Notes: generated from the sequence alone by a model not told the origin. A DNA stretch of 64,000 nt from Carpediemonas membranifera BICM (GCA_019828565.1 JAHDYR010000006.1:1-64000); one strand, 5' to 3'; shown: positions 33,487 through 45,493, numbered from the stretch's first letter. Made by a program: numbers and translations.

Positions 33487-34296
33487 TTATTCGCTAAACT
33501 CTGTCGGCGCCGTGTAGCACGAGGCCCAATCTTCAGACGAGTCCGAGTCGTTCCCCGAAGCATCGGCAGGGATGGCGGGGCTGAGACCGGCCTCGTCAAC
33601 AGCATCGAGCTCTTCGGCAGCGAGGTCCTCGTCGGACAGGCTGTCTTCGGATGCAGGCATGCTGTGCATCTCGACGGACTCGGGCACGGGCACAGGATCG
33701 ATCTCAGGCTCAAGAGTCAGCGGGCGCTCGGGCTCGGCTACGACGGGCTCCTCGCCGCTGTTGTCAGGGGTGGTCTCAAGCTCAGGGGACAACGGGACAA
33801 CGGCGGGCTCAGCGGGAGACTCGGGGGCCTCGTCAGCCGCTTCATCCGGGGTCTCGGGGCTCTCCTCGTCCTCCTCGTCTACGGACTCGGCGTCAGCCGG
33901 GGACTGTTCCACATCGAGGACATCCGCCGCCTGCTTGACGTCATGGGGCGGCAGCGTGATGTTGGCATGGTCCTCAACATCAGCAGCCTCGAGATCGTGA
34001 AGCTGGGCCTTCTTGAGGCCGGCACGGTACGTCTTGCGGGCCTTGTAGGCCCTGATGTAGAGGGCGAACGCAGGCAGAACCTTCTTCCATACAAAGAACA
34101 GGATTCCGGCGATAACAATACCTGCAATGATGCCTAGGCCAATTGCTGCAAGTACTGCGATGATTGTATACTTGGTTTCGTTGGAAATACTTGACGAGTC
34201 CTCAAAATCGACGCCGAAGGACGTGCAGCAGCTATAAGCGACGAATGCAAGGCTTGAGAGGCATATATGCCGTATCGATAGTCTAGAACTGCTCAT
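33487..34296 (-). CDS. Hypothetical single-pass membrane protein with acidic tail
   Basis: Signal-like N-terminus, hydrophobic TM (IIAVLAAIGLGIIAGIVIAGILFFVW), D/E/P-rich C-terminus. Confidence 0.7.
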   Translation of the reverse strand: MSSSRLSIRHICLSSLAFVAYSCCTSFGVDFEDSSSISNETKYTIIAVLAAIGLGIIAGIVIAGILFFVWKKVLPAFALYIRAYKARKTYRAGLKKAQLHDLEAADVEDHANITLPPHDVKQAADVLDVEQSPADAESVDEEDEESPETPDEAADEAPESPAEPAVVPLSPELETTPDNSGEEPVVAEPERPLTLEPEIDPVPVPESVEMHSMPASEDSLSDEDLAAEELDAVDEAGLSPAIPADASGNDSDSSEDWASCYTAPTEFSE

Positions 34297-34450
34297 TTGC
34301 CTTCCTTACCGAATTACTCGATTCCGTAAATTTGCCAACTGCGAGGAGGGAAACAGTTGAGTCGAATTAGAAAATCGCGGAAGATTTGGACGATTTCTTT
34401 ATGTATCCACGCTCTACACATCCGGCCCACCCTCGCCCGGGCTTCATCCT

Positions 34451-35857
34451 TTACATGAGCTGCTCGGCTGTCCCAATCAGGAACCCCACGAGCTCGCGCA
34501 GCCCCTCACTTCCCTGCACAACACTGGGGCACGTAGCGAGGGCCGTCTCCATCTGCCCGTAGAGGCGCTGGAACTCCTCGGGCGGGGCGACAGAGGATAG
34601 TGTGTAGACAAGGGCCCAGAACGGCTCGAAGCGGGGGAGGGCACCAGAGTCGACGGCGGCCTGGGAAAGAAGGCTGATACTGCACATAGTGACGGTATTA
34701 ATCAAATGATTAAAGATCTCAGCCCATTCGCGGTCGTCCGCGCCGTCAATGACACAGTTCACACAGAACTCGATGAGACCCACAAGGATCTGTGACCCGA
34801 ACAGGGTCGATCCGATACGGGTGAACGTTGACGAATCAAGACCAACCACGTTCCGGAGCATCGCGATGGCGTTTTCCAGAGATACAGCCGAGTGATGAAT
34901 GATGGCGTTGGCCACCTGCCTTCCCTTTGGGGTGGTGGCGCGGGGCAGGACGACCGCGGCGTTTCTCATGACGTGATCAAGGAGCATGGAATGGTACTCG
35001 GGGTGGTTCGCGGGCTGACGGAGAGCCATGGCGGCTCTGGCGAGGGCGCGGGCCCCCTTGTCCGTGGCGAGAATGTCGACCAGGCGGGTTGGGTCGTTTT
35101 CAGTGATCCCGAGGAGTCCTACGAGGTCGTCGAGCTCGGCGATGAGGTCCTCGTACAGAGCCTGCTCGATGGTCTCGGCGGGGACGGGGTCCTTGGTCCA
35201 AGCGTTGACGACGTAACCCTCGCCCTGGGGAACGTCGTCCATCATAAAGATGACGTCCTCGATGCGGTACACGTCAGAGTACACGTGTTCGGCCAGGGTC
35301 GCGGGCCTGAGGGCGTGCTCCTTCTCGGTGGCAGCACCACGCTCAGCCCATGTCATGTGGTTGATGTCAATGATGCCGGCACCTGGTTTGGCGGCAACGG
35401 GGTGGGAAAGGGCGCGCCGGGGGCGGCGGGCGTTGCCTCGCTCGGGTCGGCCAAGGGTGTGGCGCTCGGACTTCTCCTCGTCGGAGCCAGAGCCAACGCG
35501 GTCTGCAAGAGCATCGGTGTACGCATAACGGCACTTGGGCTTGGGGAGAGGGTGCTTTTCGGACCATTCGGGGTTTCTGCGCATGGTCATGAGGAAGTAG
35601 TAGTCGTCGCGAAGAGTGTTGTTGTACATGGGGGTGTTGTGGAACTCAGTGGCCTTCGCAACCTCAGAGCGGGTCATATACATGCCAGAATCGTTAACAG
35701 CGTCCTTCAGAGGCCGCTGGCGGTGAATAGGCTTGTTTCCACGGAAAATGGAGGGAATCGCGGCATCAACCTCTGCTTGGGCAAAGCATTCGTTCACAAA
35801 CAGGTGACCACCACGTCTAAAGCGAATTCTTGGGGGGTTAGTGCGCTCACTGCTCAT
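34451..35857 (-). CDS. Pat1-like mRNA decapping factor
   Basis: YMTRSE...DDYYF, LGR...PRR motif, helical C-terminal domain. Confidence 0.65.
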   Translation of the reverse strand: MSSERTNPPRIRFRRGGHLFVNECFAQAEVDAAIPSIFRGNKPIHRQRPLKDAVNDSGMYMTRSEVAKATEFHNTPMYNNTLRDDYYFLMTMRRNPEWSEKHPLPKPKCRYAYTDALADRVGSGSDEEKSERHTLGRPERGNARRPRRALSHPVAAKPGAGIIDINHMTWAERGAATEKEHALRPATLAEHVYSDVYRIEDVIFMMDDVPQGEGYVVNAWTKDPVPAETIEQALYEDLIAELDDLVGLLGITENDPTRLVDILATDKGARALARAAMALRQPANHPEYHSMLLDHVMRNAAVVLPRATTPKGRQVANAIIHHSAVSLENAIAMLRNVVGLDSSTFTRIGSTLFGSQILVGLIEFCVNCVIDGADDREWAEIFNHLINTVTMCSISLLSQAAVDSGALPRFEPFWALVYTLSSVAPPEEFQRLYGQMETALATCPSVVQGSEGLRELVGFLIGTAEQLM

Positions 35858-36167
35858 ATTTGTCTGTCGTCGGATTGTACGCGCACTTTAGCCCACAGGA
35901 CGAAGAATTTGTCCGCTCAAGCCTGGGTGCAGGAAGGGCAGGCTAGTCCATCTCGTTACCCACGACTGCAAGGGGAAATATTGTGCAGTTTTAGGTTTAA
36001 GGAGAGTGGTATTTAGAGGGTTTATGTGGAGGATTCATGTAAAGGTGACTTAAGCTGTCGACCCCCCTGGGATGAACTCCAGAGGACTGAACAGGTTCAG
36101 TCTGACGGCCCACCTGTCGTACACCAGAAGGGAAGAAGGGTAGCGGAAATGAGGGCGTCGGCGATTG

Positions 36168-36941
36168 TTTAGACTCAACAATTCTAATCATGCGCAGCAC
36201 ACTACCTCCACTCACCCACTTCAGCCCTCGTCTGTACTATCGGGCTTTCGTGCTTTCAGTCGTCGGTCTGCACGAAAAGATGCGTCGTCTGTCGTCCATC
36301 GTCTGTGTCGAACGCTGCTGTCTTCTTTCGCGTCTGTGCTCGTCTGTTACGCGCTCATCTGTCGTCCATTGCCGGCGTCTGAAGCTCATGTCGTCGTCGT
36401 CTTCGTCTGTTGTGAGAGACACTAGTGGTGGAAAGCGGTTGTAGCTAGTAGTAAAGACGCTTTGTGTTGTATGATGCTGGTTTCTTGTGTTTTGAGGGAT
36501 GCTGCTAGCTGATGAACCCTGAAAAGAAATGATCGATGCAGGCAGCTCAATAGACTCCGATGCCTTCCAAGATATACACGGTGAAGGCTTCCGTTAACAA
36601 GGCCATTGGCGAGATTAACGGTGGAGGCGATAACAACGCGCCGCGGCGAGGAAATCTTGAACCCGGCATGCGTTCTTTCACGCAGGCTAAGTACACATTC
36701 ACTTGCCTGCTTGCGTGCGTCTCTGCATCTGCGCACGCGTTGACCCCACGAGGACGGTCAACCTGTTCGACCAGGAGGTCCTCAAGCAGATCGTCAGCAT
36801 TGCTCAGCAAAAGGTGTCGAAGGCAAAGGCAGCGGATTGGTGCAGGTGGATTGGCGACCTGGCGATGTGGAGGGACCCTGACATATGCTGCTTGGATCAC
36901 TGTGTGTTTTGGACTCAACAATTCTAATCCTGCGCGGCACA
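36168..36941 (+). mobile_element. Fanzor1-derived element C (N-terminal fragment only) with ~34-bp imperfect direct repeats (36168-36201, 36908-36941)
   Basis: MPSKIYTVKAS...FTQAKYTFTCLL...LAMWRD aligns with elements A and D. The repeats differ at 3 of 34 positions. Confidence 0.75.
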
Positions 36942-36948
36942 AGGAGAG

Positions 36949-38088
36949 ATGACGGACGTTCTCAGAGCCATCGCGCTCAGTCCTCCTCCGAATGTTGAGG
37001 GAGATAAGGTTATAATCTCTGAAGAGTCTTTCGATTCCTCTGCACAGCTTTCTATTGCCACTGGAGGCAAGGTGTTTTCCTTCACTCTTGCTCAACTCGT
37101 CCAAATTTGCGAGCACATCCGTAGTTTCGTCAAAGAGAATGACATCACCGCAGAAAATGTAGCTGGCAAGCGTTTTATCTTGTACAAAGCTCTTCCAGCA
37201 CCTCTGAAGCTGTGTACGGACGCCAAGACACTCGCCCTCCTCGGCCAGCTGCTTCTCACACCCGAAGCTCAAGTAGACGGCGTACTTGCCCAGTTCTCGA
37301 TCAAGGACACCACAGTCTCCCCTATTGTCGGCGGGCTGGAGCGGATCCCTGTGGCGCACATCACGAACCTCACGGAGTTCATCGACGACCTCCTCGACAG
37401 TCTGCCCTCGATCATAGACACTATGAACGGACCCGATGCTCGTGTGGCCAAGATGCTTGCCCGCACCGCACTGCCCGAGTCGATTGGGAGTTACATGCAC
37501 GTCAATAAGGACTACAGCACCATTCTTCAGCCCCCCGCTCAACCTGGCCAGAAGAAGCCGACACCCAGGGCTCCCCCGAAGGAAGTTGCGGCCCCGGAGC
37601 TGGCAGGGCGACCCATCATTGTGGTACCCCCCGTGTGCAACTCAATGTTCAACATCCTCAACGCTGCTACGATCCTGTCCTCCGGCAAGTTCATCCCTGC
37701 GACCAGTGACACCCAGCCCGCCTATATAATCAAGCACGGCTTCCCTGGGTCGAGACACACAGCCCGGTTTGAACTCTGCGACTCCCCAAAGTCACTCGCA
37801 CCCGAGGCGTGGAGCAGGGTTGTCGCTGTGTTCGCGGTGGGTCAGGCATGGCAGTTTAGGGGATGCAAGGCAGGGTACGGTGACCCGACGTTCCTCTTTA
37901 GCAACAAGCCGGGCTTCCACATTTGTTCGGACGTCCACAAAGTGTCTGCTCAGATTCGCTCTTGGAATGTCAAGCTTATATCCACTAGCACGCTCGGATT
38001 GACTGACGGCTTGAACGAGTTCTGGAACCGGGTGCAGCAGGAGATGGCCCGTAACCCCGCGTTCGCACAGAAGAGGGAGGGGCGGTGA
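36949..38088 (+). CDS. CDC73: Cdc73/parafibromin (Paf1 complex)
   Basis: PIIVVPP, WSRVVAVFAVGQAWQF, WNVKLI. Confidence 0.9.
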   Translation: MTDVLRAIALSPPPNVEGDKVIISEESFDSSAQLSIATGGKVFSFTLAQLVQICEHIRSFVKENDITAENVAGKRFILYKALPAPLKLCTDAKTLALLGQLLLTPEAQVDGVLAQFSIKDTTVSPIVGGLERIPVAHITNLTEFIDDLLDSLPSIIDTMNGPDARVAKMLARTALPESIGSYMHVNKDYSTILQPPAQPGQKKPTPRAPPKEVAAPELAGRPIIVVPPVCNSMFNILNAATILSSGKFIPATSDTQPAYIIKHGFPGSRHTARFELCDSPKSLAPEAWSRVVAVFAVGQAWQFRGCKAGYGDPTFLFSNKPGFHICSDVHKVSAQIRSWNVKLISTSTLGLTDGLNEFWNRVQQEMARNPAFAQKREGR

Positions 38089-38194
38089 GTGTAAATGATT
38101 ATTATTATTATTAGAAGGGTGTTTATGAATGGGGTTAGGTGTTTATGATGACGTTCGTTCACCACGGCTGTTCCGGAGTTTAGCAAGGTAACAC

Positions 38195-38863
38195 TCACAT
38201 GCCGAGTTCAGCGATAGCCATGGCCATCTGGGCAGCAGCGTCCCTCCCTGCAGCCCGCTCATCCGCAGTCTTGGCGGTCTGGTTGAACTTACGGATCGTG
38301 TCGGCCGCAGCCAGCAGTCTCCCGAAGTCCGCGTCAGATTCCTCGTCCGCCAGCCCAGCAATGTCCTTGGTGATAGTAGTCAGAGCATCCTGCAGTATAG
38401 CAGGCAGCGGCTTCGTCGTATCCGGCCATGGATGCGTCTGCAAGGTCACCAGCAGCGCCTGGGTCGAGTAAAGGTCCTCGTCGGACGTCTGGTCTGCCAG
38501 ACCCTTGGACTTGGCAGTGGGGTCGGGGAAGGAGTAGACTGACATGCCGTGTGTGCCGACGGAGACGTCTAGGGCGTCAAGTTGGGAGAGGGAGGCGCCC
38601 TTGGCGATGAGGATGCGGAGGTCCGCCTCGGGAGCTAATTTGGACGCGTCGACCTCATCATTGGCGTCAACGATGAAGATCATAGCACTGTGCTCTGCAT
38701 TATTGTCGCTGCATTGCGTCATTTCGAGCTCTGCTGAGAAGTACCTCGTTTTGAGGGTTATTACGGTGTGATCGTTCGATTCAGAGGCCGTCAACGCATG
38801 CAAGGCATCGCATATGCGTGTAAAATCATCATTGCTGGCGTGGACACCGATAGCGTTCGGCAT
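38195..38863 (-). CDS. Alpha/gamma-adaptin-binding p34 (AAGAB/Irc6)-like
   Basis: LKTRYFSAE, LQTHPWP, C-terminal RDAAAQMA helix. Confidence 0.65.
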   Translation of the reverse strand: MPNAIGVHASNDDFTRICDALHALTASESNDHTVITLKTRYFSAELEMTQCSDNNAEHSAMIFIVDANDEVDASKLAPEADLRILIAKGASLSQLDALDVSVGTHGMSVYSFPDPTAKSKGLADQTSDEDLYSTQALLVTLQTHPWPDTTKPLPAILQDALTTITKDIAGLADEESDADFGRLLAAADTIRKFNQTAKTADERAAGRDAAAQMAMAIAELGM

Positions 38864-39053
38864 CGATAATTGACTGTCGCCTAAAATGCGGCCAAGATAA
38901 GCGGGCTATCAGCATTCCAAGGCCGCTGGCAGGCCGAGTTCAGGATCCAAGACTGTCTCTCGACTCAGTTACTGGTATTACCACCCGTGAGACAATTGCG
39001 CAGTCTATGCCGAACGAACGGCGGCAACCATCTAGAAGCGCACAGGGCAAATA

Positions 39054-41290
39054 ATGGGCAAAAAGGACGATACCGGCATATATTATGCCTCACATAACGT
39101 CCTTTCCCAGTATGCATCATTCCTAGACCTGGACGAGAGCCTCTATTCTCCCGTCATCCGCAGCTATGAGGATGCCTTTCAAATAATCGAGGCCCGCTCA
39201 CTAACACCTGTTTGTATACACACACATGTATTACCTAGCGCATCGACGGCATCACAGCGGCTGTACAGGCCATGTATTCGGCCCACCCGTCAGTGGCACC
39301 CAGCTCCCACGGCCCTATCTGCAAATACCCACCAAACGACGCCAAGAGCTGTGTGACTATCACCCAACCCGACATGCACCGTCTGAAGAGCGGCGGGGAG
39401 CTGAACGACTCGATCATTGAGTTCTACCTCAAGTATATCACCGCAAACACCCCTGTAACCTCACGGCTCCGGGTCCATGTGTTCTCTACGTACTTCTTTA
39501 CCCGCCTCCGACGTACCCCCGACCTGTCCTCATCATTTGATTACGATGCAGTGAAACGGTGGACGAAAGACGTGGACATCTTCGACAATCACCTCCTAGT
39601 AATCCCAGTCCACCAAGCGCACCACTGGAGCCTTATCCTCGTCGTCCGGCCCGGTGACGTCGGCAGTGGACGCCGAGCCATGAACCCCCGACCCGACGAC
39701 AACAGCAGCTTCTTCGGACCGTGTATTTTGTACCTGGACAGCCTTGGGGGAACCAAGCGGCGGGGGATACAGCTGATCCGGCGTTATTTGAAGGAGGAAT
39801 GGACTGTTCGGCGACCCGGAGAGGATGCGGACTTCGCTGATACGTATTATTTCCCGGACATCGCCATATCCAACATGCCCAAGCAGCTCAATGTCACTGA
39901 CTGCGGTCTATTCGTCCTCCTCTTCGCCCATTACTTCATCCAGTTCCGGTGCCCCGAGATCAACATTGCCAAGTCAGCCTGGGTGTCTCCTCGGGACCGG
40001 GAGAAGGCAATCACCGAGGCGCAGTGGAGCAAATGGTTCTCACCACTCATCGAGCCTTATTGGGCACGCGCCGTGTTCTCGAACGCCGTCCTCAGCCTCA
40101 CACCGGACTACCTCGAGTCGTACGCCGCCAAGGCTGAGGCGGGCGTCGGGGTCGGCGACAGCTCCGACTCAGACATCGAAATGGAGCCGCCTGTCTCTCC
40201 TGCCTCTCCCGTCTCACCGCCGTACGTGCTCCCCCGGTCGCCCCAGTCTGGTCAGATGCACCCTACCCCCATGATGCGGACAACGCCGGGGAATGCCAGG
40301 CGATGGCTGGACATGAGCGGCAGCAAGGGGGGCTCGCCTGTTGGGCCAGGGCGGGGTGTGGCCGAGATCTTCGGGGGGATGGCCCTGCGAGACACATCGA
40401 GCGTCGCCTCCTACGCCACACCGCTTCTTCCTCCCTCTGTGCCCGAAGAATGCGGGTCAGACGAGATCAGGACGCTGGGTGCGGCTGACAGGGCAAGGAT
40501 GGACGACATTCTCCATCGGACAGAGATGGAGGCGGCCATCGAGGTCTCCTCAGACGACACCGGCAGCAGTGACATCGAGGGTATGTCCAGCAGGTTGAAG
40601 ACTCTGAAGCGGGTCCACCCACCTAAGGCAAGAGTAGGCCCGGGTCGGGGCGACGGGACGATGTCTGCCGAGGATTTATTCGCCGAGGTTTCGCCATCCT
40701 CGCCCATGCCTCGTGTTCCTTCATTCACTAAGTCAAGGCTTCCGATCGACTACCGTCACTCAAAGACAGGCAAGCCGACCCTGGTTCCCCCACAGAGAAA
40801 GGACCAGCTTAAAAGGGCAAACAAACCCAGAGGGTCTCCAGGCCGCGTGCAGGAGCAGCCTACACGGAAGAGAAAGCCGGCCACCAGCCGACTGGTGCTT
40901 GACCCGGAACCCGAAGAGGTTGACGTCTCGGACCCCAGCTCCTCCGAGGCCGGCAAGACACCCACACCACCGAGGAACCGAGTCCGGCTCAGCCGGTTCA
41001 CTCCAGTACCCAGCTTCTCTCCTCTGGACCATCATCTGAGATTAGGCATGGTGCGTCCTGGTGCGACCCCCCGCACGGGCTCCGGGGCTGTCAAGAGCAA
41101 CCGGGAGAGGGAAAGGGAGCAGGTAGCCCGGCGTGAGACACAGCAGACGTCTGTTACTCCTGGTGTAACGAGTGCGAGGGCCGACCGACGTGGGAAATGG
41201 GAGGAGGTGCCGGAGAATGCTACAAGGACACCGCAGGGGCGCAAGTCAGCGTACTCGTCGCTGGTGGCGGATACACCAGGAATGTATTGA
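39054..41290 (+). CDS. Ulp/SENP SUMO protease (peptidase C48); 29-nt intron 39210-39238
   Basis: LNDSIIEFYL, HWSL, YLDSL, QLNVTDCG. Splicing joins the 39054 ORF in frame. Confidence 0.92.
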
Positions 41291-41461
41291 TGGACGTTGA
41301 TTGGTATTTTATACGCGGAAGCAATAATTAGGTTACTATCTTGAGTAAAGCTCTCTCTAGACGGTTGCACGTCGAGCTACAAGCTTTGGACATACGCTAG
41401 GGTCAACACAGCCAATTACAGACCAGTAGGGCTGTTTACTGCTTGGGGATGAGGCACAAAA

Positions 41462-42741
41462 TGTTGCGCAGTATTAATATAAACACATTGTTCGAACCTC
41501 CAGACAGGGCCTGAAAGGACCGATCAAAGTGCCAAACTGTACAACATCATCCGTCCGTAGACGAATGTTGGCGGTTAGCCAATTGATGATACTGGAATGA
41601 TGTTTGAAGGCGCGGGATCGATGTGCGACTGAACGGAGAGCCACTGAGCTCATCTTCCGTGGCAAGAGAACGCCACAGGATGTTTTCTGCAGCACTCTTG
41701 TCCCGATGATCAACATTCAGAGCGGACGGAGCCTCGGCATTATTGGTCCCGAGACGGGGGCCCTCTTTCTCCCGCCCTTTCGCTCGCTTTCGAACAGGCA
41801 TGCTCGCATCATGTTGTGGCCGATAGCGGCCGAAGCCTCTCTTAATAGTCACCGCCACACAGACCCCATCGGTGCTCAGGCTGAGCAGACGGCCCATTGA
41901 CCTGGGGTTGTCCCGGTAGCGTCTTTTCTGCTCTTCTGTCAACGGATTGGTGGCGTGTGGGAGTGCGTGATTAATTCCCACACGATGACAGAAACACCTG
42001 CGAGAGCTTCTTCGAGTCGGGCGAGGGTGCCCTGTAGCCTGTCACGGTACGTCGTCACCGTGCGGGCGAGCCACAGCTTCACAGAGTTGGCGTATCGGGT
42101 GAACCACTTCCGGAGACTGGTACTCACTCCAAGCAACGCCAAACGACCTTTGAGCTGCGCGACCAGATCCTGCGTGGTAGTCTCCCGCCACATCGGCAGA
42201 GTGTCGAGCGACTGCACGATGGCCGCGTAGGCCTGACCCGGCTGACCGCCGCGTACATGTGTGAGCAGTCCGTTGTGGAAGTCGGCGTCATGTAGGGGGA
42301 GTTGCCGGCGCTGCGCATAGCATTCAACCGCGAGCCGGGCCAGCAGGCATGAGTAGAGATATTTTGCTGCGGCGTAATCCCCCACTCTCCGTTCTTCGGT
42401 GTAGTTCTGTCTGAAAGCTTGCTTGATGGAGGCTTTGATCGTATATACCTCCATCTTGTTGCGCACTACAGGTGTGCAGCTGGTCATTGATGAAGATGTC
42501 ATATAAGAGCCGACGATGAACACCATTACCAGCATATACAAGTGTAGAAGTGAATTTAATGTGGAATAGAAGACAATGAGACGACGTGTGAGCGATTGTG
42601 ATGTTTGCAGTTGTACTGACGTCCACGAAGAAGACGCTTTGTGGAAGCCCTGGAGAAGACGATCTCCCTACCGACTTAAGACGTGAGTAGGAGGGAGACA
42701 GGGCAGTGTTGCGCAGTATAAACACATTGTTGGACCCTTCA
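41462..42741 (-). mobile_element. Fanzor1-derived element D (large internal deletion) with imperfect ~35-bp direct repeats (41462-41502 incl. 6-nt insertion; 42707-42741)
   Basis: MEVYTIKAS...AKYLYSCLL...LPLHD...PMWR, WED motif STDGVCVAV, and RuvC-III HRDKSAAENI. Confidence 0.8.
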
Positions 42742-42789
42742 ATTGCACACAAAAATTGACCTTAACCTGCGATTTTCTGGAAATCCGAG

Positions 42790-45315
42790 ATGTACAGCAC
42801 AACCGGGACAATGCTGCGTACTCCGCGGCTAAAAACGCCCCGATTCAAAAGTGTTGATGTTTTACCTACTCCTGCTGGGAAGACGGTGAACTTTGCGGCA
42901 CTCACTACCTCTGTCAAGCAATCTGTACATACTTTTATGCGTATCCGCCGCTATTTGCCTCAGATCGATGCCACTTCGGAGTCTTGCATCGAAAAACGCG
43001 ACAATAGGCTATACATTGGTCAGGAAGGGGACGGCGATAGCCGTACAGCTGTGAAGCCCCAGGCCGTCCTCGCCGACACGTGCACACAGGCCGATGTGTT
43101 TGACGAAGTGATGGGCGGTCAGTTCGGCCAGAGCGGTATCTATCTCTGCTACGGCCTCACCGGCTCGGGAAAGACGCACACGATCTTTGGTGACGAAAAT
43201 GATGAGGGCCTTCTCTTCCGCGCGATCTCCCGCCTCTTCGCCAACAGTAACAATCAAATTGGCGACGAGAACTGCCTCCCCGCCATTGAAGTTGAGATTC
43301 TTGAGATTTACTGCGAGCACCTCCACGATCTCGTGGCCAAGGCCCACGCCACCACCAAGGAAGAGCGCGACGCTGCCTCTAGCCTGAAGCTCATGGACAA
43401 CGGCAAGGGTGGCATCAGTCTGCAGTCAATGTCAATCAATGACTGCTATACGGAGACTGACCTCAAGGCCCGCATCAAGCACGTCATCGGAAAATACCGC
43501 GTTGTCGGCTCCAACGGCACCCACGACGGATCCAGCCGGGGCCACGTAGCTGTCCGCATCAAGGCCACGCAGTCGGGGTCGACCCACAGCCTGACGTTCA
43601 TGGACCTGGCGGGCTCGGAGGCCATGGACGAGGATAGCAAGGCTTCGGACCAGCGTACGAAGGAGGGGAACGCCATTCGCACGTCTCTCACAGCCTTGGG
43701 TAAGTTCATGAGGGATATGACTGAGGACACGTCTGTGGAGACGCTCACTAAGATCCGGAGCGCCAGCAGGGCAAGCCAGCTCACCCGTTTGCTCTATAGA
43801 TACGTACTCGACGGCGGTGACCTCAATATCATCGGATGTATCGCGTTCAGTGCGGCAGACTACCACCGGACGAAGCGCGTCTTCGATTTTATGAAGAACG
43901 TCAAGCACGCCAACATCGAGAACATCACAGCCTCCAAATGCATGACGGCGCGTGCCATGAAGTCCGCCCGCCGCAACACCATCGCCACGACCCCCACCAG
44001 GCGAGAAATGCCCACACCCGGACAGACCAAGCGCTCCAACCTCGAGTTCCAGACGCTCAAAGACCAGTTGGTGCAGGCTAAGAACGAGAAGGCGGCCCTG
44101 GAAGTTCAGCTCACAGATGCTACAGCCAAGAAGGAGGTCCTGTCGAGCGCGTACAGGGAGGTGGCGACAAAGCTGCTCGCTGAAAGACACCAGCACCAGG
44201 AAAGTTGGTTGCAGTTTAAGGAAGCCACAGCCGAGGCCGAGGAGACTGTCCGTCACAACTCCCAGATCCACAGCGAACTGACGCACGCCAGAGAGAGGGA
44301 AGCGACACTCACTCGCTCCTTGGAGGCGGAGAGGGAGCAGATTTCCTTGCTGACGAACCAACTGGCCGCTCTTGAGGAGAACAAGGACACGCTCCTCCAA
44401 TGGGGCCGGTCGATGCGGTCCACGATCAAGGGCCAGCGCATGGAGCTCAAGACCCTGGTTACGTCGACTACAGAGGCCCAGAAGCAGGCCCGCCTGGCCG
44501 CTGAGCAGGTGGCCGCCATGGAGCGGGAGATGAGGGAGATGAGGGCGGCCAACGCGTCGCTGCAGAAGCGGCTGACTCGGGCAATGACTGATCTCCCGCC
44601 AGCCCCGGACGCCATGGAGATGGAGATCCTCAGGGCACGCGTTGCAGAGCTCGAAGACGAGCGGAAGGCGATGAAGGAGCGCAACAAGGAGGCCACACCC
44701 CAGTCGGCGATGCTGCGGCACTTTAGGCGTGCTGTTGGTTCGCCGACACCACCTGGGGTCCATGAAAGCAAGGGCGCGTTGCCCCGCAAGGCAGACGCAC
44801 CCTCTGCTGCGAACACGCCCGTCGCTGTGATGAGGAAGGAGGTTGGTGTCAACAAGGCCGACTCGCCGCCCGCCAAGCCCGTTCCAAAGGCCGCTCGCCG
44901 GGCCAAGAGCGAGGTTGTGGAGGCAGCGAACGAGATCATGAACGATCTTATGCCGACATCTCCGTTCTCGACCAAGCCGATGAACGTCAAGCGCGGCACG
45001 TTGAGCAAGGAGCGCAGGCCGAAGCGGAAGTCCGCGCGTCTGGCCAACAAGGGCCTTGCTGCGGTGCTCGCAGACTCTGAATCTGAGGCCAGTTCCGACT
45101 GGGGAGAATTCACACCGATGCCTGTCGGCCGGCGTCCAGCTCCCAAGCTCCACAGCACGACGGAGGAAGTCATGGCAATGCAGGCCCATGGGATGCAGAG
45201 TCTAGCGAAGCCCGGGGCCTCCGGCATGTCTGAGGCTGCGAACCAGCTGCTGGAGAGCGAGGGGCCGAAGGGGAGGGCGAGGAGAAAGCCCCGTAACATA
45301 GGGCGGCGTTTGTAG
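42790..45315 (+). CDS. N-terminal motor kinesin (divergent)
   Basis: YGLTGSGKT, LEIYCE, SSRGH, DLAGSE, coiled-coil stalk. Confidence 0.95.
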   Translation: MYSTTGTMLRTPRLKTPRFKSVDVLPTPAGKTVNFAALTTSVKQSVHTFMRIRRYLPQIDATSESCIEKRDNRLYIGQEGDGDSRTAVKPQAVLADTCTQADVFDEVMGGQFGQSGIYLCYGLTGSGKTHTIFGDENDEGLLFRAISRLFANSNNQIGDENCLPAIEVEILEIYCEHLHDLVAKAHATTKEERDAASSLKLMDNGKGGISLQSMSINDCYTETDLKARIKHVIGKYRVVGSNGTHDGSSRGHVAVRIKATQSGSTHSLTFMDLAGSEAMDEDSKASDQRTKEGNAIRTSLTALGKFMRDMTEDTSVETLTKIRSASRASQLTRLLYRYVLDGGDLNIIGCIAFSAADYHRTKRVFDFMKNVKHANIENITASKCMTARAMKSARRNTIATTPTRREMPTPGQTKRSNLEFQTLKDQLVQAKNEKAALEVQLTDATAKKEVLSSAYREVATKLLAERHQHQESWLQFKEATAEAEETVRHNSQIHSELTHAREREATLTRSLEAEREQISLLTNQLAALEENKDTLLQWGRSMRSTIKGQRMELKTLVTSTTEAQKQARLAAEQVAAMEREMREMRAANASLQKRLTRAMTDLPPAPDAMEMEILRARVAELEDERKAMKERNKEATPQSAMLRHFRRAVGSPTPPGVHESKGALPRKADAPSAANTPVAVMRKEVGVNKADSPPAKPVPKAARRAKSEVVEAANEIMNDLMPTSPFSTKPMNVKRGTLSKERRPKRKSARLANKGLAAVLADSESEASSDWGEFTPMPVGRRPAPKLHSTTEEVMAMQAHGMQSLAKPGASGMSEAANQLLESEGPKGRARRKPRNIGRRL

Positions 45316-45493
45316 TGGATACGGACGTCGGGTGACTAAATTATTGCAGTTCGGACAATGGCTGTTGCGATGCTGGTGTTGGTCTGTTCATTAATGTGTC
45401 GTTTCGACGCTCATTGCCTGCCAACGCTGATCAACTGATATGGACCAGACCCAGCATGCCGTTTATATACATATATACATATCTACATACCTG

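Noticed and set aside
35880-36160. tRNA/snRNA/snoRNA in larger intergenic gaps (also 26640-26910)
   Set aside because: No cloverleaf or U1/U2/U5/U6 signature was recognised, and box-like words alone are insufficient.
43432-45189. Long antisense ORFs (e.g. 43432-45189, 34892-36016, 24775-25659, 36547-37542)
   Set aside because: They are shadows of GC3-biased genes on the opposite strand and have no recognisable motifs.
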